This document shows positions 15,801 to 23,532 of a stretch of DNA of 37,024 bases, piece by piece. The position numbers and the translations under genes were made by a program. The DNA is from a virus. Taxonomy: Duplodnaviria > Caudoviricetes. Each line of letters starts with the position of its first letter. Position 1 is the first letter of the stretch. Where the stretch lies: the IMG/VR virus record IMGVR_UViG_3300042814_000089, positions 1 through 37,024 of that record. One strand, written 5' to 3'. The notes below the pieces were generated by a model that was given only the letters and a program-made list of their open reading frames with translations, had not been told where the DNA came from and searched no databases.

Positions 15801-17734
15801 AGATCGCCGCCGTGGCAGGGCAGGTTGCCCAGACGCCGATGACGGGGGCGCACACGAACGGGCAGCACGTCACCCGCAACGTGGCCAGGCAGATCCAGAA
15901 GCAGGCCGCCGCGGGTGTGCCGCCCGTGCATCCGACGGGCCCGATGGCGCCGCCGAACCCGCCACCCGGCTGGTGGGACCACGTCGAGAACTGGCGCTAC
16001 AACCTCGGCCTCTTTGCCCAGCTCTCGACGGGCATGGTGCAGCTCGCGGGCGGCGTGGTGCAGGCGGCCGGCGGGGGCGCTGCCGAAGCGCTGCGGCTGG
16101 GCGTCCTGAAGGGCCAGCCCGAGGCGCTGCTGCCGATCGCGGGCGAGGCCATCAGGTCGCTCCCAGGCGGGATCAAGAGCGCCGCGCTGACCGCGGCGGG
16201 CCAAGTGCCCAAGGCCATCCAGGCAGGCTCTGACTACAAGCCACCACTGCATGCGCGGGAGTTCGCGCAGGGCAACGTCGGTCGGGGAGTGGGAGCGCTG
16301 GCGGTCGCCTTCCCTGGGCAGTTGACGACGCAGGCACCCGACGCGCTCTGGCACGAGATGTTCTACAAGACGGGCATCGCCCAGGCCGCGGCCGACGAGG
16401 CGCGGCGACAGGCCGGGGGGTCGCCGATGGCGATGGGTGAGCGGCTCCGCATCCAAAAGGATCTGATCGCCAATCCGACGCCCGAGATCGTGGACGAGGC
16501 GACGAAGCTGGCCCAGAACGCCACGTACAAGGGCGAGGCGGGCCGCGTGCTGGGGGCGCCGAAGAAGATCACCGAAGCCCTGGGTCCCGTGGGGTCATTC
16601 TTCATGCCGATCTACAACACGATCGCTCGCATTCACGAGCAGGCGCTGGAGTACACCCCTGGGGTCGGCCTGCTGCCGCTCGACAAGCTGGGGCTTGCGC
16701 CGAAGGGCCAGGCCCGTCCGATGTCGCGCCGCATCGCTCAGCAAGCGGTCGGGGCCTCGCTGGTGGTCGGCGGCCTGTCGTACGCGGCTGAGGGCGGTAT
16801 CAGAGGTCCTGGACCGTCGAACCCGAACGAGGCCCAGGGCATGCGCGACCAGGGCTACACGCCGAACACCACGAACGTCGGCGGCTACTGGATTCCCAAC
16901 TCCTGGTTCGGGCCGTGGGGGCCGATCCTCAACGAGATCGGCGCCGTCAACGACGCGCGCATCTACGACCACGGCGACAAGGGCTGGGACGACCTGACCT
17001 GGGAGAAGAAAGCGGCCTCGATCATCAAGATGTCGGGGCGGGCAGCGGCGGACTACCCCGCGCTCGACACGGCCCAGACCATCACGAAGCTGTTCACCGC
17101 GCCCGAGGACGCGCTCCCGTCCTTCCTGGGCGAGGTCGCGGCGCAGTACATCCCAGGCCCCCTCCGCACGAAGGCCCAGGCCGAGGACACGAAGGCGCGG
17201 ACCAGGACCAGGGGGGCGGACGTCCCGTTCGAGCAGCGCTTCTGGGAGACGGTCAAGCAGCGCTCGGGGTACGGGCGGCAGGAGCTGCCCGTCGCCCAGG
17301 ACATCCTCGGCCGCGACGTCGAGAACCCGCGGCAGGGCTGGGCCAGAGCGCTCGCGCCGAACATCCGCGAGGAGAAGCCCGATCCGATCATTCAGGCGTA
17401 CCTCGACGCGGGCCTGAACATCGGCGACCCAGCGACCGAGCTCACGCTGCCGAGCCTCAAGGACACGGACCTGAAGCCTCAGCTCACGCCCGAGGAGACG
17501 CGGCGCTGGAACACGCTCCGTGGCGAGGCGATCATCCGCCGCGTCGAGCCGATGCTGGCCGACCCCGCCTTTGCCGCGCAGCCGCTGGATGCGCGCGCCA
17601 AAGGGCTGGAGAAGATGCGGACGGCGGCCGCCGAGGAGGCGCACGCGCGGCTGCGCTCTGAGATCGGGGCTCAGGAGATCAACCGACGGATCAGCGAGGC
17701 GCAGGCGACGAAGCAGCGCAGGCAGGCGTCCTGA
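12824..17734 (+). CDS. Giant (1636 aa) multidomain internal virion/polyvalent protein containing a TnsA-like nuclease domain
   Basis: Long ORF; C-terminal helical region with LP..QDILGR..ENP...LTPEE motifs typical of large podophage ejection proteins; PD-(D/E)xK motif near 14000-14400. Confidence 0.75.
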   Translation: MIDWKRWLPGMPDDEEEDPVQKTLRALGQGASDVGAGISQGVSDLGSSIGSGFSTANEALGSAATAVRDAYAVPAEERPPQYSGPSYAQPSLAPGQPSMLEHLPAVGAEYGRAAQEALGDRGALLAGMRPPETPEEVVAANAPAPFRAVRAASEIGSAAGSAALGEYGARAAGEKPIFVTNEIQTPLGAIPSVEGPTPRQVGSAIGTVVGDPTNLILPGTAADRAASVAIEEGAGALRGAAGRAVGSAAEALGAALGRNAENVGDAPGVRYLGSGVVPETGAPRPGWTPPPTIPDEEIVQFRRAAKLVENGQPIPPDLPVITRPMPARERGADPHDLHFFVTSAGEEVVLPPANRGTPGRGINAAYSDYISAQGGHRGRPSGRYQDPSGEWHQYDSPQELLFMQHFDEQKARGPDPRAEHGGIESWWRGGESPYPEIESLPYVKTTMKPGEQPGVGGFEGDYVVRHHDGFVELVEGKDVKVMPKQEEWFQEPGKRPALAWNVLRKSAAAIPELAMQGRGFRMLTGRESAAMVPSLAPSPLTGKGSPVKSFQGVPGVDWRDIPELDRGFPGAGPAVGNQILDVVTATEREARALAARLQAAGVPADEQRAQLTRLVRDRLLPTADLAGRTTGEMRNVQGRVSAAVPAWDSDAGRVTQEQLERHWPDAAAAIRSAEQNGAQVRSATVELVQSPADAAPSPRLFIETDGDPAAIQRLAAQLGQLHGDPGAATVWHYDWQGPTSVREVSFSGADPAIQASFDDVQAALRGAGDGVPGLVSRYNDDGSLATVHVLGQDAAGNPVPDDLLDARLHRMQEALQTFGIRADVGPPQRAVVRNFAAEGDYARALELHEQSLGLRPLPSPPRGAVRAGDGGGAAGRAGADRGAGPGAAGAAADRLADLDRAPPDTPAAGLGSGLVGRLSAGFGNAAQGAVLGAASEDLQAQQEDRDPDPTARLARGVAGAGLGYVAGRGARGLGRAGEAGLGSGLVPRANQGQIAAVAGQVAQTPMTGAHTNGQHVTRNVARQIQKQAAAGVPPVHPTGPMAPPNPPPGWWDHVENWRYNLGLFAQLSTGMVQLAGGVVQAAGGGAAEALRLGVLKGQPEALLPIAGEAIRSLPGGIKSAALTAAGQVPKAIQAGSDYKPPLHAREFAQGNVGRGVGALAVAFPGQLTTQAPDALWHEMFYKTGIAQAAADEARRQAGGSPMAMGERLRIQKDLIANPTPEIVDEATKLAQNATYKGEAGRVLGAPKKITEALGPVGSFFMPIYNTIARIHEQALEYTPGVGLLPLDKLGLAPKGQARPMSRRIAQQAVGASLVVGGLSYAAEGGIRGPGPSNPNEAQGMRDQGYTPNTTNVGGYWIPNSWFGPWGPILNEIGAVNDARIYDHGDKGWDDLTWEKKAASIIKMSGRAAADYPALDTAQTITKLFTAPEDALPSFLGEVAAQYIPGPLRTKAQAEDTKARTRTRGADVPFEQRFWETVKQRSGYGRQELPVAQDILGRDVENPRQGWARALAPNIREEKPDPIIQAYLDAGLNIGDPATELTLPSLKDTDLKPQLTPEETRRWNTLRGEAIIRRVEPMLADPAFAAQPLDARAKGLEKMRTAAAEEAHARLRSEIGAQEINRRISEAQATKQRRQAS
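15345..15554 (+). CDS. Nested 69-aa gene in the +1 frame inside the giant virion gene
   Basis: GAAGGTG RBS before ATG; 4 of 69 codons end in A/T in this frame versus about 26 of 70 in the host frame (hand count); TATAAT at 15155. Confidence 0.6.
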   Translation: MQEPSSSTSNPSGSALSRALLEALSGPVTEEELQAARERIAARAQEPQEPPPTGWRISIAPRRTPPPQV

Positions 17735-17975
17735 TGTCAGGCGAGCGACGCTGCATGCTCCCCAGGATCATCACCGTGGCGATGAGCGCCGCGATGGGCC
17801 AGGTCGTCGGCAACACCCCGTACAGGACGACCGTCCAGAATGCCACGGCCAGCGGGGCTTGCCACGCGGTGAGTCGCTCCGTCTCATCGGTGGCGACGGT
17901 GCGGCGCCACGACCGTGCCAGGGGCGCGGTCTCGGGCCAGCTTCTGGTCCTGGCAGCGGTAGAATACGCGGGCAT
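17691..17975 (-). CDS. Antisense moron-like two-TM membrane protein (94 aa)
   Basis: MPAYSTAAR...APLAVAFWTVVLYGVLPTTWPIAALIATVMILGSM; GGGGA upstream; fills the gap between structural genes. Confidence 0.6.
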   Translation of the reverse strand: MPAYSTAARTRSWPETAPLARSWRRTVATDETERLTAWQAPLAVAFWTVVLYGVLPTTWPIAALIATVMILGSMQRRSPDIRTPACAASSPAPR

Positions 17976-18046
17976 CGGGAAGTCCCCATTTCCTGGTGTC
18001 ATGCCCTCGGCCTGTTCGCGCAGGCGCGAGGGTTTCCTGTGCTCGA

Positions 18047-18055
18047 AGTGTAGCA
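18047..18055 (-). promoter_or_regulatory. Extended -10 promoter TGCTACACT for the antisense gene
   Basis: Reverse complement of AGTGTAGCA; identical 9-mer on + strand at 20121. Confidence 0.5.
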
Positions 18056-18074
18056 GCCCTCGAGGAGGCGACCA

Positions 18075-19712
18075 ATGAATCAGCAAGAGCTCGAGGAGCT
18101 GCTCCGTCAGATCGCGCCGAACAACACGCCAGGGCGCCTCGCGTTCAACGAGGACACCGCGACGGTCGAGCGGGAGGAGCCAGGGGCGTACGTTGGGGCC
18201 GACCCCGTCAAGAAGAAGGTGCCCGTCAGGGTGCTGACCTGGACGGACCCTGGCACGGGTATGACGCTCGTGGTACAGGCCAACCCCGACGGCACGTACA
18301 CCAAGGTGTCGCAGGGCGTCGACAAGAAGATGCAGGGCGAGCCCGCGACCACGCCCGCGCAGCAGGCAGCCGCGGCGGGGGTATCGAAGAAGGTGCCCGT
18401 CGAGGGCAAGCCTGGCGTCTACGCCGTCACGACGTCGAAGCAGCAGTCCGACGGCAGCATGGCCGAGGAGACCCACTACGAGAACGAGGCGGGCACGCGC
18501 GTCCCGACCCCGCAGGCCAACCCGCAGGTCATCGGCGGCACACTCAACACGACGTCGCCGCAGTACGCGGTGGTCGGCCCCGACGGCTCGGTCACCTGGG
18601 CCGCCAATCCGAACTATCAGAACCCCAGTCCGAGGCCGCTGACGCTGCCGAACACGCGGACGATCAGCTGGGCGAACGCCGACGGCACCATCACGACCGA
18701 GAAGAACCCGAACTACGTCAAGCCGTCGAAGATCATCCCGAACCCGTCAGACCCCAGGAAGATGGTCAACGTCACCGAGGACGACAACGGCAACCCCGTC
18801 ATCCTGCCCGTGGACGACAAGACCACCATCAAGCCCGCCGACCTGCCCGTCTTGCAGGCGAAGTTCGGCGAGATCAGCCAGGGGCTGGGGCAACTCGCCC
18901 AGGACCTCAACCGTCGCGTCCGCGACCAAGAGATCACGCCCGAGGAGCGGAAGACCGCGTTCGAGGCGGCCCACGCCCAGGCGGCAACGCAGGTCGCCGA
19001 GATCAACTCGATTCTGGAGAACAGCAAGGCCATCTGGTCGGGCCAGGTCACCCAGCGCGGGCAGAGCTTAGCCGAGACCCAGAGCAGGCGATCGTTCGCG
19101 TCGGACGCCGCGGGCCGAGCCATCACCACGGGGTACAACATCGCCACCTCGGCGGGCCCTGGGCACGGCAAGGCGATCGCGGCTGGCGTCGAGGCGCTGA
19201 TGGGCATGCAGCAGAAGTACGCCCAGGGCATGGGCGGCTTCCGCGAGTCGCCCGAGATCGGCCTGCCGCCCGCGCTCAAGCAGGCCCGTGGCATCAGCCT
19301 GCCAGGCTACGGGCCTGCCGCCACGCCCGGACCGCCAGGCGTACCATCGGTGAACCCCCAGGCGTCCCAAAGTGGACCGCCAGGCGTACCCCCGGAAGCT
19401 CCGGGGGCCAACGCCATCGGGCTCGGGGCGGTCGGCGCGCTGACGGCCCCGAGCGGCGCCCCGCCGGCAGGACCGCCACCAGCCCCGCTCTTGCCCCCGC
19501 CGCCACCCGTTCCCGGGCAGTCGCCCGTGGCAGGTATGGGCGCTGCGCTGGGCGCGGCCCAGGGCTACGCGGGCGAGCCCGTTGCGGCCGGCGGGGCTGG
19601 CGTCTGGAACCCGATGCCCACCGTGCAGGGCATGCTGGGCGACGGGTCCGACCCTGCCTGGGCGGAGGCCGTCAGGCGGGCGGCCCAGGCTCACGGCGGA
19701 TTGGGGAGGTAG
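18075..19712 (+). CDS. Putative internal virion protein
   Basis: RBS AGGAGG; beta-hairpin-like repeats (DG...NPNY), helical middle, Pro/Gly tail. Confidence 0.65.
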   Translation: MNQQELEELLRQIAPNNTPGRLAFNEDTATVEREEPGAYVGADPVKKKVPVRVLTWTDPGTGMTLVVQANPDGTYTKVSQGVDKKMQGEPATTPAQQAAAAGVSKKVPVEGKPGVYAVTTSKQQSDGSMAEETHYENEAGTRVPTPQANPQVIGGTLNTTSPQYAVVGPDGSVTWAANPNYQNPSPRPLTLPNTRTISWANADGTITTEKNPNYVKPSKIIPNPSDPRKMVNVTEDDNGNPVILPVDDKTTIKPADLPVLQAKFGEISQGLGQLAQDLNRRVRDQEITPEERKTAFEAAHAQAATQVAEINSILENSKAIWSGQVTQRGQSLAETQSRRSFASDAAGRAITTGYNIATSAGPGHGKAIAAGVEALMGMQQKYAQGMGGFRESPEIGLPPALKQARGISLPGYGPAATPGPPGVPSVNPQASQSGPPGVPPEAPGANAIGLGAVGALTAPSGAPPAGPPPAPLLPPPPPVPGQSPVAGMGAALGAAQGYAGEPVAAGGAGVWNPMPTVQGMLGDGSDPAWAEAVRRAAQAHGGLGR

Positions 19713-19714
19713 AC

Positions 19715-19969
19715 ATGCACGCACCTGACGCCACAGCCCGTCCGATCACACGGTACGAGCAATCCCACGAGCGCTCGCACAAGCAGCTCGGCATCGCAGC
19801 CCTGCTGCTCGGGGCCGCCGCGCTCATCGCAGCTATGGCCGTGCTGCTCTACGTCTTCTGGCTGCTGCTGGCTCCGCTCGTGGCGACGCCGTTCGACGCG
19901 GACGGGGTGCGCTGCTACCACCGTGCCGTCCAGGTCGCCTGTTTGAAGACCGCGGAGCCCCCGCGATGA
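19715..19969 (+). CDS. Small membrane protein with a C-terminal Cys pair
   Basis: RBS GGGAGG; long hydrophobic stretch; RCYHRAVQVAC. Confidence 0.7.
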   Translation: MHAPDATARPITRYEQSHERSHKQLGIAALLLGAAALIAAMAVLLYVFWLLLAPLVATPFDADGVRCYHRAVQVACLKTAEPPR

Positions 19970-20151
19970 TGGCAGGACGCGACGATCTCGGCGTCTGGCG
20001 GTGCCCCGGCTGCACGCGCATCCTGGCGAAGCTCAGGCTCTCGCCAGGCAGCGTGGTCGAGGTCAAGTGTCATTCGTGCGGCGCGTTGATCACGCGCGAG
20101 ACCCCCGCGGCAGACGAGTCTGCTACACTGGCACCAGTGATCCGCCCATAA
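19966..20151 (+). CDS. Com-family (Mu Com-like) zinc-ribbon regulator
   Basis: WRCPGCTRILAK...VEVKCHSCG, matching the RCxxCxxxL...ExKCxxC layout. Confidence 0.8.
   Translation: MMAGRDDLGVWRCPGCTRILAKLRLSPGSVVEVKCHSCGALITRETPAADESATLAPVIRP
20121..20129 (+). promoter_or_regulatory. Extended -10 promoter TGCTACACT upstream of the scaffold/capsid genes
   Basis: TGn-TAnnnT about 77 nt before ATG 20206. Confidence 0.5.
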
Positions 20152-20159
20152 GGTCCTTT

Positions 20160-20202
20160 GAAGACCCTCGAGGCGAACGACTCGTCGTTCCCGAGGGTCT
20201 TC
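20160..20202 (+). promoter_or_regulatory. RNA hairpin sequestering the scaffold RBS
   Basis: GAAGACCCTCG/CGAGGGTCTTC perfect 11-bp stem plus inner GAACGA/TCGTTC stem; GAGGG lies 8 nt before ATG 20206. Confidence 0.75.
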
Positions 20203-20205
20203 TGC

Positions 20206-21123
20206 ATGCTCGACAAGGCCCCAGACGCCCCCGTCTCCGAGCCCGTCACCCCGAGTGACGGCGCATCCGCGCCGAGCAGGTCTGAGCCCGCCCAGGATCG
20301 TCCGAGTCTCGGCACGCTTGCCGAGGCGTTCCGTAGCGACCCTGACGCGTTGAAGGACCGCACGCCGCGGGAGCGCGCCGCCGACCCGTCGCCGAGCACG
20401 GAGCCGTCCGAGGAATCCGCCACGCCCGAGCAGGGCGCGGCGTCGAAGCCGGACGAGCCAGGGGCGCCCTCGCGCCGTGGAGCGGCCGCCAAAATCTCGG
20501 AGCAGCAGTCCGAGATCGACCGGCTGGTCTCGGAGCGCGAGGCCGAGCGGGCCCGGCTCGCTGACACCGAAGCCCGGGTGGCGGCGCAGGACGCCGCCCG
20601 CGAGCAGGCCCGTCGGGCCGCGCTCTCCCGCATCGGCGACGACCGCGAGTTCGGCGCGCTTGCCAACAAGCGGATGCGCGGCGAGGTGCTCAGCTACGAG
20701 GACGACGAGAAGCTGACCTCGATGCTGGCCTGGCGCGAGCACGCCGCCGACCTCTGGGAGATGGCCGACCGCGCCCATAAAACGGCGCTGGCATCGGCCG
20801 TCGGCGATCGTGCGGAGAAGTACGGGCTCGACCGTGAGACCGCGTTCTCCGCCGCCTTGCCCGACCTGCTCGACCACGCCGTCTCGGTCACCGAGGCCAG
20901 AGTGAGAAAAGAGCAGGCCAACCAGATCAAAGAGCTCCAGGCGGAGCTCAGGGGCTTACGGACCCGTGGCGCTGCTGCCGCCTCGCCGACCATCGGCGGA
21001 TCGTCCGATGGATCTGCCCGCGACCTGCCGTCTGACGGCGCCTCCCCGCTGGACTGGTTCCGCGTCGGGGCGAAGCGCCAGGCCGAGGCAGCTCAGGGCG
21101 GGAGCCGGAACGGCCGGCGCTAG
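20206..21123 (+). CDS. Putative capsid scaffolding protein
   Basis: Acidic/Pro-rich N-terminus, coiled coils, directly before the capsid gene; ATG 20206 preferred over TTG 20158. Confidence 0.75.
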   Translation: MLDKAPDAPVSEPVTPSDGASAPSRSEPAQDRPSLGTLAEAFRSDPDALKDRTPRERAADPSPSTEPSEESATPEQGAASKPDEPGAPSRRGAAAKISEQQSEIDRLVSEREAERARLADTEARVAAQDAAREQARRAALSRIGDDREFGALANKRMRGEVLSYEDDEKLTSMLAWREHAADLWEMADRAHKTALASAVGDRAEKYGLDRETAFSAALPDLLDHAVSVTEARVRKEQANQIKELQAELRGLRTRGAAAASPTIGGSSDGSARDLPSDGASPLDWFRVGAKRQAEAAQGGSRNGRR

Positions 21124-21141
21124 CTGACAGGAGAGACCCAG

Positions 21142-22110
21142 ATGGCCGGTACCCTCGCCGACCTCGCCGTCATGTCGTCCGACGCCTACGAGCGCGGCGT
21201 CATCGAGCGCTTCAGACTGACCTCCGACTTCATCAAGCTGCTGCCCCAGAAGCCCATCCGCGGCACCACCTACAAATATCGCGTCGAGGAGGTCGCCCCA
21301 GGCGTCCAGTGGCGCGACGTCAACCAGGGCTACGCCGAGTCCACGGGCGTCATTGCCCCGCGCATCGAAAGCACGATGATTGTCGGCGGCGATGTGTTCC
21401 TCGACAACGCGCTGCTCAAGAACCAGCGCACGGGGGGCGATGCGCTCGACCTCAAGGCCGAGCAGTATGACCTCAAAGCGCGTGCCCTGGCCCGCGAGCT
21501 GGAACGGGCCTACTTCGAGGGCGACGACCTGGTCAACCCGTCGGAGATGCCAGGGCTCAGGCGACGCCTGACGGGCAACCAGGTGATCAACGTGGCGACC
21601 GCCGGCGGCGCGCTGACGCTGGCGCTGGTCGACTCGCTGCTCGACCAGCTCGACCTCTCGATCGGGCAGCCCCACCTGTTCATGAGCAAGGCCGTCCGCC
21701 GCAAGCTGACCGGCCTGGCCCTACTCCAGGGCAACAGCGTGAACATCACCTACGACAGCGTCAACGAGGTCGGCAAGGTCATCGAGCGCTACGCGGGCGC
21801 CCCGATCCACATCGTCGAGGACGGCTGGGACGCCTCAACCCTGCTGGCCGCTGACGAGGATCCTGGCAACGGGACAGCCACGACCGCGTCGATGTACGCC
21901 GTGATCTTCGACGAGCAGATGGGGGTGTGCGGCCTGATCTCGGGCGGGGATGGCGACCCGCTGGTCTCGGTGCGCGAGGTTGGCGAAACGACCGCCTCGG
22001 GCTCTGGCAACCCGCCAGGCATCCTCGGGCGGATCGAGTGCTACCCAGGGCTGATGGTCAAGTCACCCAGATGCGCGGCCAGGCTCCGCGGCATCCTGCC
22101 GGCGGCGTAG
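21142..22110 (+). CDS. Major capsid protein (HK97 fold, epsilon15/BPP-1-like by motif)
   Basis: RBS AGGAGA; TLADLA...VIE...LP...WRDVNQGYAEST...GGDVFLD...FEGD...GLRRRL...AARLRGI. Confidence 0.9.
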   Translation: MAGTLADLAVMSSDAYERGVIERFRLTSDFIKLLPQKPIRGTTYKYRVEEVAPGVQWRDVNQGYAESTGVIAPRIESTMIVGGDVFLDNALLKNQRTGGDALDLKAEQYDLKARALARELERAYFEGDDLVNPSEMPGLRRRLTGNQVINVATAGGALTLALVDSLLDQLDLSIGQPHLFMSKAVRRKLTGLALLQGNSVNITYDSVNEVGKVIERYAGAPIHIVEDGWDASTLLAADEDPGNGTATTASMYAVIFDEQMGVCGLISGGDGDPLVSVREVGETTASGSGNPPGILGRIECYPGLMVKSPRCAARLRGILPAA

Positions 22111-22127
22111 GCGAAGGGACGGCCCTG

Positions 22128-22568
22128 ATGATCGACCCCGCATACCTCGAGAAGCTTGGGGTCTTCCAGGACGAGGACGGGCGGTACAAGCGGCACCGCA
22201 TCCGTGTCAGGAACCCCGAGTACGACCCGTCCGACCCGAAGGCGGAGCCCAAGGGGCTCTTGATCGGCTACGACGAGGAGCTGATCCCCTATCCCGTGGT
22301 CCTGCCCCTGGCGACCGACCCCGACTCGATCGAGCAGGCCCGACTGAAGGCCGCGGCGACGGGCGCCGACTTCTACCACCCGACGTGGGGCTGGCTGCGC
22401 TGGGGCATCAAGCCCGAGAAGGACCACGCCGAGAACCTGGGCGCGGGCTCCGTCAGGAACCCGACCCGCCGCGTGACCCTGGCCCAGACCCAGCCAATCC
22501 CAGATCCGGAGCCAGATCCCGAGCCGGAGCCCCAGCCGTTGCCCGCTCCGACCGCGAAAGGACGCTGA
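22128..22568 (+). CDS. Hypothetical virion-region protein with PD/PE-rich tail
   Basis: GAAGGG upstream of ATG; strong GC3. Confidence 0.7.
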   Translation: MIDPAYLEKLGVFQDEDGRYKRHRIRVRNPEYDPSDPKAEPKGLLIGYDEELIPYPVVLPLATDPDSIEQARLKAAATGADFYHPTWGWLRWGIKPEKDHAENLGAGSVRNPTRRVTLAQTQPIPDPEPDPEPEPQPLPAPTAKGR

Positions 22569-22571
22569 CCC

Positions 22572-23015
22572 ATGTACGACGCCCTCCTGAACCTGCTGCC
22601 CAGCACCACCAACATCTCGGGCGCCGGCACCACCACGCCCGTAGCCACCGGCAAGTACCTCGGCCGCAACCGCACCTACCGCGCCTGGGGACGCTGTAGC
22701 GGCGACGTCACGGGCACCCTGCCGACCCTGACCATCAACCTCCTGGAGTCGACCACGCTGGCGATGGGCACCCCGACGGCCATCCCAGGCTCGCTCGTCA
22801 TCACCGAGCAGATCGGCGGCGGCGGCGGGGCCTCGGCGGGACGGGTCAGTCCCGAGATCCCGTCGTCCGTCGCCCAGCTGCCGTCGCTCGTGTTCACGAC
22901 GACCAAGGACTACGTCCAGGCGCAGGTCGCCGCGGGCGGCACCGCGCCCGTGTTCCCAGGCGTCAGCGTCGTCATCGAGCCGCTCGACGCGCCGCTGCTG
23001 CCGTCCGGCCGCTAG
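22572..23015 (+). CDS. Putative capsid cement/decoration protein
   Basis: MYDALL start, beta-rich Thr/Gly/Val composition, close to the capsid gene (Bbp16-like position and size). Confidence 0.6.
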   Translation: MYDALLNLLPSTTNISGAGTTTPVATGKYLGRNRTYRAWGRCSGDVTGTLPTLTINLLESTTLAMGTPTAIPGSLVITEQIGGGGGASAGRVSPEIPSSVAQLPSLVFTTTKDYVQAQVAAGGTAPVFPGVSVVIEPLDAPLLPSGR

Positions 23016-23048
23016 CGCGCCCGATGCTGTGACCGTAAGGAGACGACG

Positions 23049-23531
23049 ATGCCAGACGAACGCAACCGGATCGCCGAGGACACCGTGGGCGAGCGGGGCA
23101 ACCGCGACCGCTTCCACCAGGGCAACAACCCGCAGATCCTGCCGCTCGACCTCACGGAGGAGGAGCAGGCCACCCTCGACCAGCACCGCGCCACGATCCA
23201 CGCGCCCGACTCGAAGCCGCGCTGGGGCACCGACGAGGACGGCGAGCCGATCGAGGTCAGTCCGCAGGGGCTGATCGTCACCGACCCGCTGACGGGCGCC
23301 GTCGAGCCGCTGACCGAGGAGTCGGCCGAGCGCGCCGAGCGGAACCAGAAGCTCAGGGCCGAGCAGGCCGAGGCGCGCTTCAAGTCGGGTGCGCTCGGGG
23401 CATCTCCTCCGCCGCTGCCCGGGCCCGAGCGGCGGACGAGAGCCCCGTCCACGAAGGGGGACGAGCCCGCGACCGAGCATCCGCCGAAGCCAGAGCCGCG
23501 GGCCTCGGGCGGAAAAGCGCCGAGCAGCTAG
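23049..23531 (+). CDS. Hypothetical protein
   Basis: RBS TAAGGAG; charged low-complexity sequence. Confidence 0.75.
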   Translation: MPDERNRIAEDTVGERGNRDRFHQGNNPQILPLDLTEEEQATLDQHRATIHAPDSKPRWGTDEDGEPIEVSPQGLIVTDPLTGAVEPLTEESAERAERNQKLRAEQAEARFKSGALGASPPPLPGPERRTRAPSTKGDEPATEHPPKPEPRASGGKAPSS

Positions 23532-23532
23532 G

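Noticed and set aside
17734-18078. + strand 114-aa ORF coupled to both neighbours
   Set aside because: Poor codon bias and no motif; the minus-strand TM ORF with a promoter explains the region better. Not fully excluded, given the TGATG/ATGA overlaps.
17996-19714. 657-aa + strand ORF 17996..19969 overlapping 18075..19712
   Set aside because: Arg-rich off-frame sequence; only the last 84 aa from ATG 19715 have an RBS and protein-like composition.
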